From contig JALUTT010000147.1 in NCBI GenBank assembly GCA_027021705.1, forward strand, positions 1 to 25,196: a stretch of DNA of 25,196 nucleotides, in the 5' to 3' direction. A program made the position numbers and the translations under genes. The stretch's first letter is position 1, and each line of letters opens with the position of its first letter. The notes beneath the pieces were generated by a model, which made no database searches, had not been told where the DNA came from, and saw only the letters and a list, made by a program, of their open reading frames with translations. The DNA comes from Anaerolineae bacterium. GTDB taxonomy: Bacteria > Chloroflexota > Anaerolineae > S140-20. This document shows positions 9,903 through 19,700 of the stretch, one piece after another.

Positions 9903-12900
9903 ATGAAGCGATTGGTACGTCTTCTGCTCATCCTGATCGTGGGCCTGGGCCTCGTTCTCCTGCGCTTGGCTCACGTTCCGGCTCAGGCCGACGGTGCCAC
10001 CCCGCTTCTCATCAGCGAAGTCCTCTACGATCCCCCCGGCCCTGAGCCGGATGGGGAGTGGATCGAGGTCTACAACCGTGGTGACACCACCGTGGACCTC
10101 CACGACTACAAGGTGGGTGACGACGAGAAGGTGCGCGGCGGGGCCGAGGGGATGATGCAGTTTCCCGCCGGAGCCACCCTCGATCCGGGAGAGGCGGTCG
10201 TCGTCGCCAACAAGGCTACGGCCTTCTTCAACCTCTACGGCTTCAACCCCGACTACGAGATGTACGACTCCGACCCCAACGTCCCCGACATGATCCAGTA
10301 CCTGGCTTGGAGCAACGGGGATGTCAACCTGCGCAACGCCGGGGACGAGGTCCTGCTTCTGGACAGGGCGGACAACGTCGTGGATGCCCTCTCCTGGGGG
10401 GACTCCGACTACGCTTTCGGCGACTCCCCGGCCCCGGTGGTCGCCGAAGGCCATTCCCTGGAGCGGTATCCCCCCTACCAGGATACCGACACGGCCGATG
10501 ACTGGCGAGACCAGCCATCGCCCAGCCCGGGCACCGTCCCGGCTGCTCCCACACCCACGCCGACGTCGCCTGCACCCACACCGACGCCTACGCCGACGCC
10601 CACGCCGACGCCCACCCCTGCTCCGCCCCTTGCCGAGGTCCTCATCACCGAGATCATGCAGAACCCCAGGGCGGTCAGCGACTCCAACGGTGAGTGGTTC
10701 GAGATCTACAACGCCGGCGACACCACCGTGGACCTGGAGGGGTGGACCTTCCGCGATGCCGACACCGACAGCTTCGTCATCGTCGGCTCGCTGCCCATTG
10801 CCCCCGGCGACTACCTGGTGCTGGGCCGCAACGGGGATCCCGGCCAGAACGGTGGCGTGACCCTGGACTACGTCTACGGCAGCGATATGGCCCTGAGCAA
10901 CGGGGCCGACGAGATTATCATCGAGGACGCCGACGGACGGGAGGTGGACCGCGTCGAGTACGACGGCGGCCCCGAGTGGCCCGACCCCAACGGCGCTTCG
11001 ATGATGCTCAAGGACCTGGCCCTGGACAACAACGTGGGGGCCAACTGGCAGGAGACTCCCCCCGACCTGACCTACGGCGACGGCGACCGGGGGACCCCCG
11101 GCTGCCCCAACGACGGCTGCCCGCTGGACTACACCCCCATCTACGACATTCAGTACACCACCGACCCCGGCGGCGACTCCCCCCTGGTGGGCCAGGTGGT
11201 CACCACCGAGGGCATCGTCACCGCCCGCTTCCGGTACGGCTACTTCATCGAGGACCCGGCGGGCGGGGCCTGGAACGGTCTCTGGGTCCACGACACGACC
11301 AACACCCCCGACCGGGGGGATCGGGTGCGCATCACCGGTGAGGTGGCCGAGTACTACGGCCTCACCGAGCTGGACAACCTGACCGCCTACGAGGTCGAGT
11401 CCAGCGGTAACCCCCTGCCCGACCCCGTCGTGCTCCCCACCGGCGATGTCTCCCAGGAGCAGTGGGAGGGGGTCCTGGTCCGCGTCGAGAACGTCACCGT
11501 GGTCAACGCCGACCTGGGCTACGGCGAGTGGTCGGTGGACGACGGCTCCGGTGAGGTGATCATTGACGACAAGGGGGACTACACCTACACGCCCACCGAG
11601 GGCGACGAACTCCGCTCCATCACCGGGCCGCTGGACTACCACCACGGGGCCTTCAAGATCCAGCCCCGGGACGACGCCGACATCGTGCTGCCGGCCGGTC
11701 CGGCCCCCGTCCTCATCTCCGAGATCCAGACGGGCGGGGCCACCGGCAGCGACGAGTTCATCGAGCTCTACAACCCCTCCGACAGCGAATCCTTCAACCT
11801 GAAGGGCTACCGCCTGGTCTACCGCTCCGCCTCGGGCACCACCGACTACCTGCGCTACGAGTGGACGGAGGATACCTTCATCTCGCCCTACGGCCACTAC
11901 CTGCTGGTCAACGAGAGCGGCTACGACGGCGACGTGCCCGGCGACGCCACCTACAGCCAGGGGCTCTCGGGCACGGGCGGCGGCCTGGCCCTGCGCAACC
12001 CCGACGGGGAGATCGTGGACTCGGTGGGCTGGGGGACGGCCAGCAACGACTTTGTCGAGGGGAGCCCGGCGCCGGCCCCGCCGGCCGACCAGAGCATCGA
12101 GCGGCTGCCCGGCGGCGACGAGGGCAATGGGCAGGACACCGACGACAACAGCGCCGACTTCCAGGTCATTGACCCGCCCAACCCCCAGAACACCGACAGC
12201 CCCTCCACCCCCTCGCTGGTCATCCCCATCGGCGAGGCCCGCACCCGCCCCTTGGGCAGCGAGGTGATCGTCGAGGGGACGGTCACCGTCCCGCCCGGCA
12301 CCTACAACAAGGGCTTCGCCATCCAGGACGAGACGGGCGGCATCTACGTCTACAACGACGGCGGCCTGCTCCCCTACGGCCTGGGCGACGTCCTGCGGGT
12401 GAAGGGGCCGCTGACCGAGTACCGGGGGCTGCTGGAGATCACGCCGGCCGAGGCCGACGTCACCCTGGTGGGCAGCGCCCCGGTCCCCGACCCCCGGCCC
12501 TACCACACCGGCGAGATCTCCGAGGCGACGGAGGGCTGGCTGGTGGTGATCAGCGGCACCGTGACCAGCGTCTCCGACAGCAGCTTCACCGTGGACGACG
12601 GCTCCGGCCCGGCCACCGTCTACATTGACTCCGACACGGGCATCGAGATCACCGACCTGGAGCCGGGCACCTTCGCCGAGGTCGTCGGCTTCAGCAGCCA
12701 GTACGACCCCTCCGCCCCCTACGACAGCGGCTACCAGGTGATGCCCCGCTTCCAGGAGGACCTGACCTTCACCGTGGTGCCCGTCTACCAGGGCGACTGC
12801 CCGGCCCCGGCCCCCCTCTCCACCGAGCCGACCGTCCTCATCAACCAGGTCCTCTACGACACCTGGGAGCACGGCCACGAGGAGGTGGGCGAGGCGGTCC

Positions 12901-15392
12901 AGCTCTGGAACCCCAACGACGCCGAGGTGGACCTCTCCGGCTGGGCGCTGACGGACAATGAGGGGACGGCGACCTTCCCCGCCGGCACCACCATCCCGGC
13001 CCAGGGCACCCTCTGGGTGGCGAAGGACGGGGACGACTTCACTGCCAGCTTCGGCTTCGCCCCCGACCTGACCTACGCCGAGATGACCGTCAGCGGCACG
13101 CTCCAGTTGGACAACGTGGCCGATGAGGTGGTCCTGCTGGACGGGACGGGGGCCGTCGTGGACGCGCTGGTCATCGAGGACGGCTGCGCCCTGGAGCAGA
13201 GCGGCTGGGCCGACGACCACGGTGTCTCCCCCTACCTCTTCGCCAGCTACGTTCCCGACGACGGCCAGGTCCTCTACCGCAAGCTGGACGAGGCGACCGG
13301 CCTGCCCGTGCCCGACACGGACACGGCGGCCGACTGGGCCCAGGACCCCAACGATCCGACGCTGGGCCGCCACGTCCGCTACCCCGGCTGGGACCTGGAG
13401 CAGTTCTTCTTCCCGGCCCAGGCCGAACAGGCGGCGACAACGAAGCTCCTGGTCGCCCCCGACAACATCTACGAAGGCGTGGCCGAGCTGATAGACAACG
13501 CCCAGTCCACCATTGACATCGAGCTCTACCTCTTCACCAACCCCTACCTGGCCGACCACCTCTTCGCGGCGATGGACCGAGGGGTCCAGGTGCGGGCCCT
13601 CTTCGAGGGCGAGGTCTACGGCGCGCCGGGCGGCACCTACGACGACGTCCGCTGGGTGGCCCAGGGGATCTACGAGCGGGGCGGTGAGGTCTACTGGTGG
13701 CGGGACGCTCCCGACGGTCACCCCGACCGCTACAACAACGTCCACCAGAAGTTCCTCATCGTGGACGGCACCTGGGCCTTCATCAGCAGCGAGAACCTGA
13801 CCCAGGGCTCGATGCCGGCCGACGACAAGGGGAACGGCACCTACGGCAACCGGGGGGCGGCCATCATCACCAACGCGCCCGTCGTCGTCCAGCGGTTGCA
13901 GGAGGTCTTCGCCGCCGACCTGGACCCCGACCACCACGGCGACGTGGTGCCCCACAACCCGGCCCCCTACCCCGACGGGGACGCGCCGCCGGAGGGGTAC
14001 GTGCCCGAGTACGAGGGCGACCGGGAGGGGTACACGCCCGTCAAGCCGGAGCCGCTGACGCTGGAGGGCGAGGCCACCTTCGAGGTCGTCCAGTCGCCCG
14101 AGAGCAGCCTGCGCACCTCCGACGCGCTGCTGGGGATGGTGGCCCGGGCCGATGCGGGCGACGTGGTGCTGGTGGAGCAGCAGTACGAGTACCTGACCTG
14201 GGGGCCGGAGGGGGCGGAGATGACCAACCCCCGCCTGAACGCCTACATCGAAGCGGCCCGGCGCGGGGCCACCGTCCGCGTGCTCCTCAACGGGGCCTAC
14301 GGTCTGGAGCGGAACATCGAGACGCGGGACTACTTGAACGACCTGGCGGCCGCCGAGGGGCTGGACCTGGAGGCCCGGCTGGGGACGCCCACCAGCGGCA
14401 TCTCCGGCACGGAGACGATCACCAAGCCCATCCACAACAAGATGGTGCTGGTCTACGACGGGGAGAGCGGCGGCTGGGTCCACGTGGGGAGCATCAACGG
14501 CTCCGAGAACGCCAGCCGGTACAACCGGGAGGTGGCCCTCCAGATCGGCTCCACCGAGGCCTACGTCTACTACGCCGACGTCTTCCACCACGACTGGCTG
14601 GCGGCGGGTGGGGAGCCCTTCCCCTACGCCCCGCCGGAGGCCGCCTTCACCCCCAGCGCCACGGAGGTGGTGCGCGGCGATCCCATCACCTTCACCAACG
14701 AGAGCAGCGGCTCGCCGCCGCTGAGCTACCGGTGGGACTTCGGCGACGGCGAGTTCAGCGACGAGGAGAGCCCCACCCACGTCTACCGGCGTCCCGGCGT
14801 CTACACGGTGACGCTGACGGTGAGCAACCCCCTGGGGACCGACCAGGCCCAGGCGGTGATCACCGTGCTCCCCCTGGTGGAACCGCTGGAGGAGTGGCAG
14901 GTCCGCGCCGCCGTCATCCAGTGGTTCCCGCTGCGCGATGGGCAGGGCGGCTTCGTCGCCCTGGCCCGGCTGGAGCTCCCGCCGGACTATCGGCGCGAGG
15001 ACCTGAGCGGTGAGATGACGCTGGAGCTGACCATCGGCGGCCGGACGGGGAGCGACACGGTGCACCTGATCAAGCGGCGGCGGATTTGGCGCTACCACCG
15101 CCGGCACGGCGACGGCGAGGGGGACGGCCTGGACCTGAGCCACGTGGTCATTTTCTGGCGCAACGACCGGAAAGCGCCCGTGGTCCAGTTGATGGGGCGG
15201 TTCAACCTGCCGGGGACGGGCTGGTGGACCCATCCGGCCGAGGCGACCTTCGGCATCCAGTTCCCTGTGACGACGCCGGGGCTGGCCGACCTGGTGGCCG
15301 GGGAGACGACGGTGACGTTCCGGGTGCTGGGCTTCCGCTGGGTCTACCAGGCGGGGATGCCCCGGATCCCCCGGCCCCGGCCCCTCCGGTAG
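9903..15392 (+). CDS. Secreted multidomain protein: 4 lamin-tail domains, OB folds, phospholipase D superfamily pair, PKD domain
   Basis: Signal peptide MKRLVRLLLIL...AQA; ISEV/ITEI/ISEI/INQV...E(W/F)xExYN lamin-tail repeats; PT linker; VTTEGIVT and FTVDDGSG OB folds; HQKFLIVD and HNKMVLVYD...GSIN; SYRWDFGDG...PTHVY PKD; RBS GGAGG. Confidence 0.88.
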   Translation: MKRLVRLLLILIVGLGLVLLRLAHVPAQADGATPLLISEVLYDPPGPEPDGEWIEVYNRGDTTVDLHDYKVGDDEKVRGGAEGMMQFPAGATLDPGEAVVVANKATAFFNLYGFNPDYEMYDSDPNVPDMIQYLAWSNGDVNLRNAGDEVLLLDRADNVVDALSWGDSDYAFGDSPAPVVAEGHSLERYPPYQDTDTADDWRDQPSPSPGTVPAAPTPTPTSPAPTPTPTPTPTPTPTPAPPLAEVLITEIMQNPRAVSDSNGEWFEIYNAGDTTVDLEGWTFRDADTDSFVIVGSLPIAPGDYLVLGRNGDPGQNGGVTLDYVYGSDMALSNGADEIIIEDADGREVDRVEYDGGPEWPDPNGASMMLKDLALDNNVGANWQETPPDLTYGDGDRGTPGCPNDGCPLDYTPIYDIQYTTDPGGDSPLVGQVVTTEGIVTARFRYGYFIEDPAGGAWNGLWVHDTTNTPDRGDRVRITGEVAEYYGLTELDNLTAYEVESSGNPLPDPVVLPTGDVSQEQWEGVLVRVENVTVVNADLGYGEWSVDDGSGEVIIDDKGDYTYTPTEGDELRSITGPLDYHHGAFKIQPRDDADIVLPAGPAPVLISEIQTGGATGSDEFIELYNPSDSESFNLKGYRLVYRSASGTTDYLRYEWTEDTFISPYGHYLLVNESGYDGDVPGDATYSQGLSGTGGGLALRNPDGEIVDSVGWGTASNDFVEGSPAPAPPADQSIERLPGGDEGNGQDTDDNSADFQVIDPPNPQNTDSPSTPSLVIPIGEARTRPLGSEVIVEGTVTVPPGTYNKGFAIQDETGGIYVYNDGGLLPYGLGDVLRVKGPLTEYRGLLEITPAEADVTLVGSAPVPDPRPYHTGEISEATEGWLVVISGTVTSVSDSSFTVDDGSGPATVYIDSDTGIEITDLEPGTFAEVVGFSSQYDPSAPYDSGYQVMPRFQEDLTFTVVPVYQGDCPAPAPLSTEPTVLINQVLYDTWEHGHEEVGEAVQLWNPNDAEVDLSGWALTDNEGTATFPAGTTIPAQGTLWVAKDGDDFTASFGFAPDLTYAEMTVSGTLQLDNVADEVVLLDGTGAVVDALVIEDGCALEQSGWADDHGVSPYLFASYVPDDGQVLYRKLDEATGLPVPDTDTAADWAQDPNDPTLGRHVRYPGWDLEQFFFPAQAEQAATTKLLVAPDNIYEGVAELIDNAQSTIDIELYLFTNPYLADHLFAAMDRGVQVRALFEGEVYGAPGGTYDDVRWVAQGIYERGGEVYWWRDAPDGHPDRYNNVHQKFLIVDGTWAFISSENLTQGSMPADDKGNGTYGNRGAAIITNAPVVVQRLQEVFAADLDPDHHGDVVPHNPAPYPDGDAPPEGYVPEYEGDREGYTPVKPEPLTLEGEATFEVVQSPESSLRTSDALLGMVARADAGDVVLVEQQYEYLTWGPEGAEMTNPRLNAYIEAARRGATVRVLLNGAYGLERNIETRDYLNDLAAAEGLDLEARLGTPTSGISGTETITKPIHNKMVLVYDGESGGWVHVGSINGSENASRYNREVALQIGSTEAYVYYADVFHHDWLAAGGEPFPYAPPEAAFTPSATEVVRGDPITFTNESSGSPPLSYRWDFGDGEFSDEESPTHVYRRPGVYTVTLTVSNPLGTDQAQAVITVLPLVEPLEEWQVRAAVIQWFPLRDGQGGFVALARLELPPDYRREDLSGEMTLELTIGGRTGSDTVHLIKRRRIWRYHRRHGDGEGDGLDLSHVVIFWRNDRKAPVVQLMGRFNLPGTGWWTHPAEATFGIQFPVTTPGLADLVAGETTVTFRVLGFRWVYQAGMPRIPRPRPLR

Positions 15393-15414
15393 GCCGGTTC
15401 GGCTCCGTAGCGCC

Positions 15415-15454
15415 AGGTGCGACGCCCTTCCGAAGGGCGTCGCACCTTCGTTTT
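15415..15454 (+). terminator. Intrinsic terminator or REP-like hairpin
   Basis: AGGTGCGACGCCCTT-CCG-AAGGGCGTCGCACCT perfect 15-bp stem followed by TCGTTTT. Confidence 0.75.
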
Positions 15455-15457
15455 CGC

Positions 15458-15610
15458 GGTGATTACCCATATCTTCGGAGATAGGGAGACCAGCCGTCCA
15501 CGAATGGGGCACGAATACACGAATGAAGGACCGCCTCATTCGTGCATTTGTGAGAAATTCGTGGACGGCCTGCTACGGACCACGCTCTCGCTCACTTGTG
15601 GGTAATCACC
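15458..15610. mobile_element. Repeat family A copy 2, 153 bp
   Basis: GGTGATTACCCATA...TGTGGGTAATCACC; colinear with 8-160 and 22225-22377. Confidence 0.85.
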
Positions 15611-15623
15611 GGTTGTTTTCGGC

Positions 15624-15652
15624 TTGTGCCATCGGCCCCTTTGTGGTATCCT
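15624..15652 (+). promoter_or_regulatory. Putative sigma70 promoter for the DUF4258/YgiT pair
   Basis: TTGTGC(15624-15629), 17 bp, TATCCT(15647-15652) with extended TG. Confidence 0.55.
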
Positions 15653-15691
15653 TGGGGTGTAACTGTTCACCGATGAATTGGAGAGCTTCCC

Positions 15692-16018
15692 GTGAGGCTT
15701 GAGGACATTATCGAGGCGATACGTGCTAATCGCGTGCGAATTACCGATCACGCATACGAAGAAGCCCAAGCAGACAACCTTTCCTTTGACGAGATTTTCT
15801 TCAGCGTCTTCCAAGGCGAAATCATCGAGGAGTATCCCGAAGACAAGCCATACCCCAGCTGTCTTGTTTATGGCAACACTTTCCTCGGTGAGCCTGTGCA
15901 CAGTGTTTGGGCCTATAATCGGGCTAACCGATGGGCGGTGCTGATCACGGTTTATCGTCCTGATCCGAAGCGATGGATCAACTGGCGAAAGAGGAGGCCA
16001 AGAGATGCTGCCATTTGA
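15692..16018 (+). CDS. DUF4258-family protein, putative toxin
   Basis: ITDHAYEE, GEIIEEYPEDKPYPSCLVYG, PVHSV, LITVYRPDPKRW; GTG start with GGAG RBS. Confidence 0.85.
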   Translation: MRLEDIIEAIRANRVRITDHAYEEAQADNLSFDEIFFSVFQGEIIEEYPEDKPYPSCLVYGNTFLGEPVHSVWAYNRANRWAVLITVYRPDPKRWINWRKRRPRDAAI

Positions 16019-16247
16019 TAAATGCCCTGTATGTGGTGGTGAAGTGGTGGAGAAAGACGTGGAGAAGCTACTGCGAGGGGGTATTCATACTGCTGTGGTC
16101 AGGGTGCGGGCGGAGGTATGTCTTCACTGCGGGGAGCGTCTTTACTCGCCGGAAACAATCAGGCGTTTTGAGCAAATTCGGGCCAAGTTGGAGCAGGAAG
16201 AGGTAGACGAATTCCGCCCATTGGGGCGTTCCTTTGTCGTTGTTTGA
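16005..16247 (+). CDS. YgiT-type zinc finger protein, putative antitoxin
   Basis: CPVCGG...AEVCLHCGERLYSPE; overlaps the upstream gene; RBS GAGGAGG. Confidence 0.85.
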   Translation: MLPFDKCPVCGGEVVEKDVEKLLRGGIHTAVVRVRAEVCLHCGERLYSPETIRRFEQIRAKLEQEEVDEFRPLGRSFVVV

Positions 16248-16248
16248 G

Positions 16249-16446
16249 ATGGACCGGACCAAGGAGCGGGCCGCCCTGGCCCGTGCCCTCCGGCGCCTCC
16301 TGGAGGGTGAGCGAGACCCCCAGGCCCTCGCCCAGGGGCTGGACCCGGTGGATAGGCAGGCCCTGGTTCTCACCCTGGCCGCCCTGGAGGGGGAAGAGGG
16401 CCGGGCGCTGCTGGAAGCGCTGGCCGCGGCCGGGGGAGGTGGTTAA
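16249..16446 (+). pseudogene. Short ORF, possibly an orphan C-terminal gene fragment
   Basis: Host-like high-GC codons begin right after the YgiT stop; helical LRRLLEGERDPQALAQGLDPVD; no RBS. Confidence 0.4.
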
Positions 16447-16505
16447 CGGATGGCCGGCTGCGGACGGCGGACTATGGACCGAGGACGGCGGGCCGGGGAC
16501 GGCGA
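16447..16505. repeat. Degenerate heptamer tract (GGACGGC-like)
   Basis: GGATGGC, GGCTGC, GGACGGC, GGACTAT, GGACCGA, GGACGGC, GGGCCGG, GGACGGC between convergent ORFs. Confidence 0.6.
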
Positions 16506-16508
16506 ACC

Positions 16509-16769
16509 TCAATACCCCCGCCGCTTGAGGGCCTCCTGCAGCTCCTTGCGCCCGAAGAGCTCCTTGATCCGGGGCTTGCGCTCCTCCTGCTCCCCTTCGC
16601 CCCGGGGCCGGCCGCCGCCGTGGACGGCGACGGGGGAGAAGAGGCGGCGCACCGCGTCGCTGCCGCAGGCCGGGCAGGTCACCACCGCCTCGGCCGCCGC
16701 CCGGCGGGAGGCGAAGAGGCGGGCAAAGCGCTCCCCACACCCCTCGCACCGGTACTCGTAGATGGGCAT
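16509..16769 (-). CDS. FmdB-family zinc ribbon protein
   Basis: MPIYEYRCEGCGERF...CPACGS..VRRLFS; RBS GGAGG 11 nt gap after the ileS stop. Confidence 0.9.
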   Translation of the reverse strand: MPIYEYRCEGCGERFARLFASRRAAAEAVVTCPACGSDAVRRLFSPVAVHGGGRPRGEGEQEERKPRIKELFGRKELQEALKRRGY

Positions 16770-16780
16770 CGCCCTCCCCC

Positions 16781-19700
16781 TCACGCCTTGCGGATGGCGA
16801 GGACGAGCCGGTGGCCGTTGACGGTGTACTCGCCCCGGGCCGCCCCCTCGGCGGGGAGCTCCGCCGGCACGGCGTCGCTCACCAACTCGACGCTCAGCGT
16901 CTCCCCCTGGATGTAGTCGCGCCACTCCCCGATGACGGCAGCCAGCCGGTCGTCGGCCTCGTAGAGGGTGACGATCCGGTCGTCCAGGTTCAGGCCGGCC
17001 TCCTTGCGCAGCGTCTGGACCCGCCGGACGACCTCGCGGGCCAGCCCCTCGGCCTCCAGTTCCGGCGTCAGCGTCGTCTCCACGGCCACCGTCACCCCCC
17101 GCTCGGCGGCCACCGCCAGCCCGGACCGGGGTTGGGTCTGGATCAGCACCTCGTCGGGGGCCAGCTCCACCGTCTCGCCCTCCAGCGTGAGGCGCAGCGG
17201 GTTGCCGGCCCGCAGCGTCCGCACCGCCTCCGAGGGGTCGATCGCCGCCAGGGCCGCCCGCACCTGGGGGAAGCGCGGGCCGAACTTGGGCCCCAGCTTC
17301 CGGTTGTCCGGCAGCAGCCGGTAGGTCACCAGGTCGCGCTCCTGGGCGACGAAGGCGACCTCCTTGACGTTGAGCTCGTCGGCGATGAGGCGCAGCATCT
17401 CCCCGTCCTCCCGCAGGGCCTCGGCCCCGTGGACGACGGCGCGGGCCAGGGGCTGGCGCACCTTGATGCCGGCGCCGGCCCGGGCCGAGTGGCCCAGCGT
17501 CACCACCTGGCGGACCAACGCCATCCGGTCCAGCAGCGCCCGGTCCACCCAGGCCCCGTCGGCCTCCGGCCAGCGGGTGTGGTGGACGCTCTCCGGCGCC
17601 TCCGGGTCCACCGAGCGGACCAGGTTCTGGTAGATCACCTCGGTGACGAAGGGGACGAAGGGGGCCAGCAGCCGGGTCAGCGTCGTCAGGACGTGGTAGA
17701 GGGTGGTGTAGGCGGCGTTCTTGTCGGCGTCACTGGCCTCGCTGAGGCCGGCCTTGGCCCAGAAGCGGCGGCGGGAGCGCCGGACGTACCAGTTGGTCAG
17801 GTCGTCCAGGAAAGGCTCGATGGCCATCGTCGCCCCGTAGGCGTCGTACTCGTCCAGCCGGTCCGTCACCCGGGCGATGACCTGGTGGAGGCGGGCCAGG
17901 ATCCAGCGGTCCAGGGCCGACCCCCGGAACGACGCGGCCCGGGGGCCTGAGCGCACCAGCTCCGGCGAGGGCTCCCACCCGTCAATGTTGGCGTAGGTGA
18001 CGAAGAAGCTGTAGACGTTCCAGAGGGGGATGAGGAACTGGCGGCGCACCTCATCGGCCCGGTGGTAGCCGAAGAGGAGGTCCTGCTCCGGCTTCTGGCG
18101 CAGGTAGAGCCAGCGCATCACGTCCACGCCCATCCGGTCGGCGGCCTCGTTGAACTCGATGGCGTTCCCCCAGCTCTTGTGCATCTCCCGGCCATCCTCG
18201 CCCAGGAGGGTGGCGTAGCCGAAGCAGGTGAGGAAGGGGGGGCTGTTGTCCATCACCGTCGCCATCGCCAGGAGGCTGTAGAACCAGTTGCGGAACTGGC
18301 CGGGGAAGGACTCGCTGATCCAGTCGGCCGGATACCAGGTCCGCCAGTAGTCGGGGTCGGTCCGGTAGCGGAGGGTGGAGAAGGGGACGATGCCGGCGTC
18401 CAGCCAGGGGTTGCCCACGTCGGGGATGCGGGAGACGGGGGCCCCGCAGTTGGGGCAGGCGATCTTGACGGCGTCCACGTAAGGGCGGTGGGGCGTGTGC
18501 CCCTCGAAGGTCTCCCAGCCCTCGACGGCCCGCTCCCGGAGCTCGTGCTCGTCGCCGACGACGTGGACGTGGCCGCAGGCTTGGCACTCGTAGATGGGCA
18601 GGGCCAGCCCCCAGTAGCGCTTCTTGCTGATCATCCAGTCGTGCATGTTGCGCAGCCAGTCCATCTCCCGCGCGTGTCCGAACTCGGGGATCCAGCGGAT
18701 CTGATCCACCACGTCCATGATCTGGTAGCGGAGGCTGCGGGCCTTCTCCTCCTCGGTCAGCTCTTCGCGCGGCTTGTCGTAGACCGGCCCCATACTGATG
18801 AACCACTCGTCCACCAGCCGGAAGACGAGCTCGGTGCCGCAGCGCCAGCAGACGGGGTAGCGGTGGGTGTAGTCCTCGACGTGGTAGAGGAGCCCCTTGC
18901 GCTCCAGGTCCCGGAAGATGGGCTCGGCCACCTCGTCCACCGACATCCCGGTGAGCCAGCCGAAGCCCTCGACGAAGATGCCCTCGTCGTTCAGGGGGGC
19001 GATGGCGGGCAGGCCGTGCTCCTTGCTCAACTGGAAGTCCTCGGCCCCACAGCCGGGGGCGCTGTGGACGATGCCGGTGCCCTCTTCCTCGCTCACCTCG
19101 TCCCAGGGGATGATGCGGTGGGCGGCAGGGCCGCCGGCCTCCTGCTGGGCCGGCAATTCGTCGAAGGGGCCGTCGTAGGTCCACCCCACCATCTCCTCGC
19201 CCCGGAGCTCGCCCAAGACCTCGTACTCCCCCCGCAGCATCGGGAGGGTGCCCCGGCTCAGGTAGAAGATTTCGTCGCCCTGGCGCACCCGGACGTAGGT
19301 GAGGTCGGGGCCGACGGCGGCGGCCACGTTGCTGGTCAGCGTCCAGGGGGTCGTCGTCCAGACCAGGAGCGACTCCTTCTCCCGACCGCGCAGGGGGAAG
19401 CGGAGGGTGACGCCGGGGTGGGTCAGCTCCCGGTAGCCCTCGGTCACGATCTCGTGCTGGGAGATGCCGGTGGCGCAGCGGGGGCACCAAGGCATCACGT
19501 CGGTGCCCTTGTAAAGCCAGCCCCGCTCCCAGCAGCGCTTGAGGAAGGTCCAGATCATGTAGTTGTTCTCGTTGGAGAAGGTGAAGTAGGAGCCGCCGAT
19601 GTGGGGCATCCCCAGCTCCCCGACGATCTGCTCCACGGTTCCCGTGACCGGCCCCTCGGTTCCCTGGATGGTGATCACCTGCTGGTCGTCCTCGTGCATC

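Noticed and set aside
10545..10625. Tandem ACGCC(G/C)-type repeat
   Set aside because: Encodes an ordinary Pro-Thr linker
9813..15539. 1908-aa minus-strand ORF
   Set aside because: Antisense shadow of the high-GC secreted protein gene; no motifs
15445..15623. Target-site duplication around element A (GTTTTCG on both sides)
   Set aside because: Asymmetric relative to the termini and not reproduced at the other two copies
15659..16247. Integron cassette with attC site
   Set aside because: No RYYYAAC...GTTRRRY attC structure after the genes and no integrase in the window
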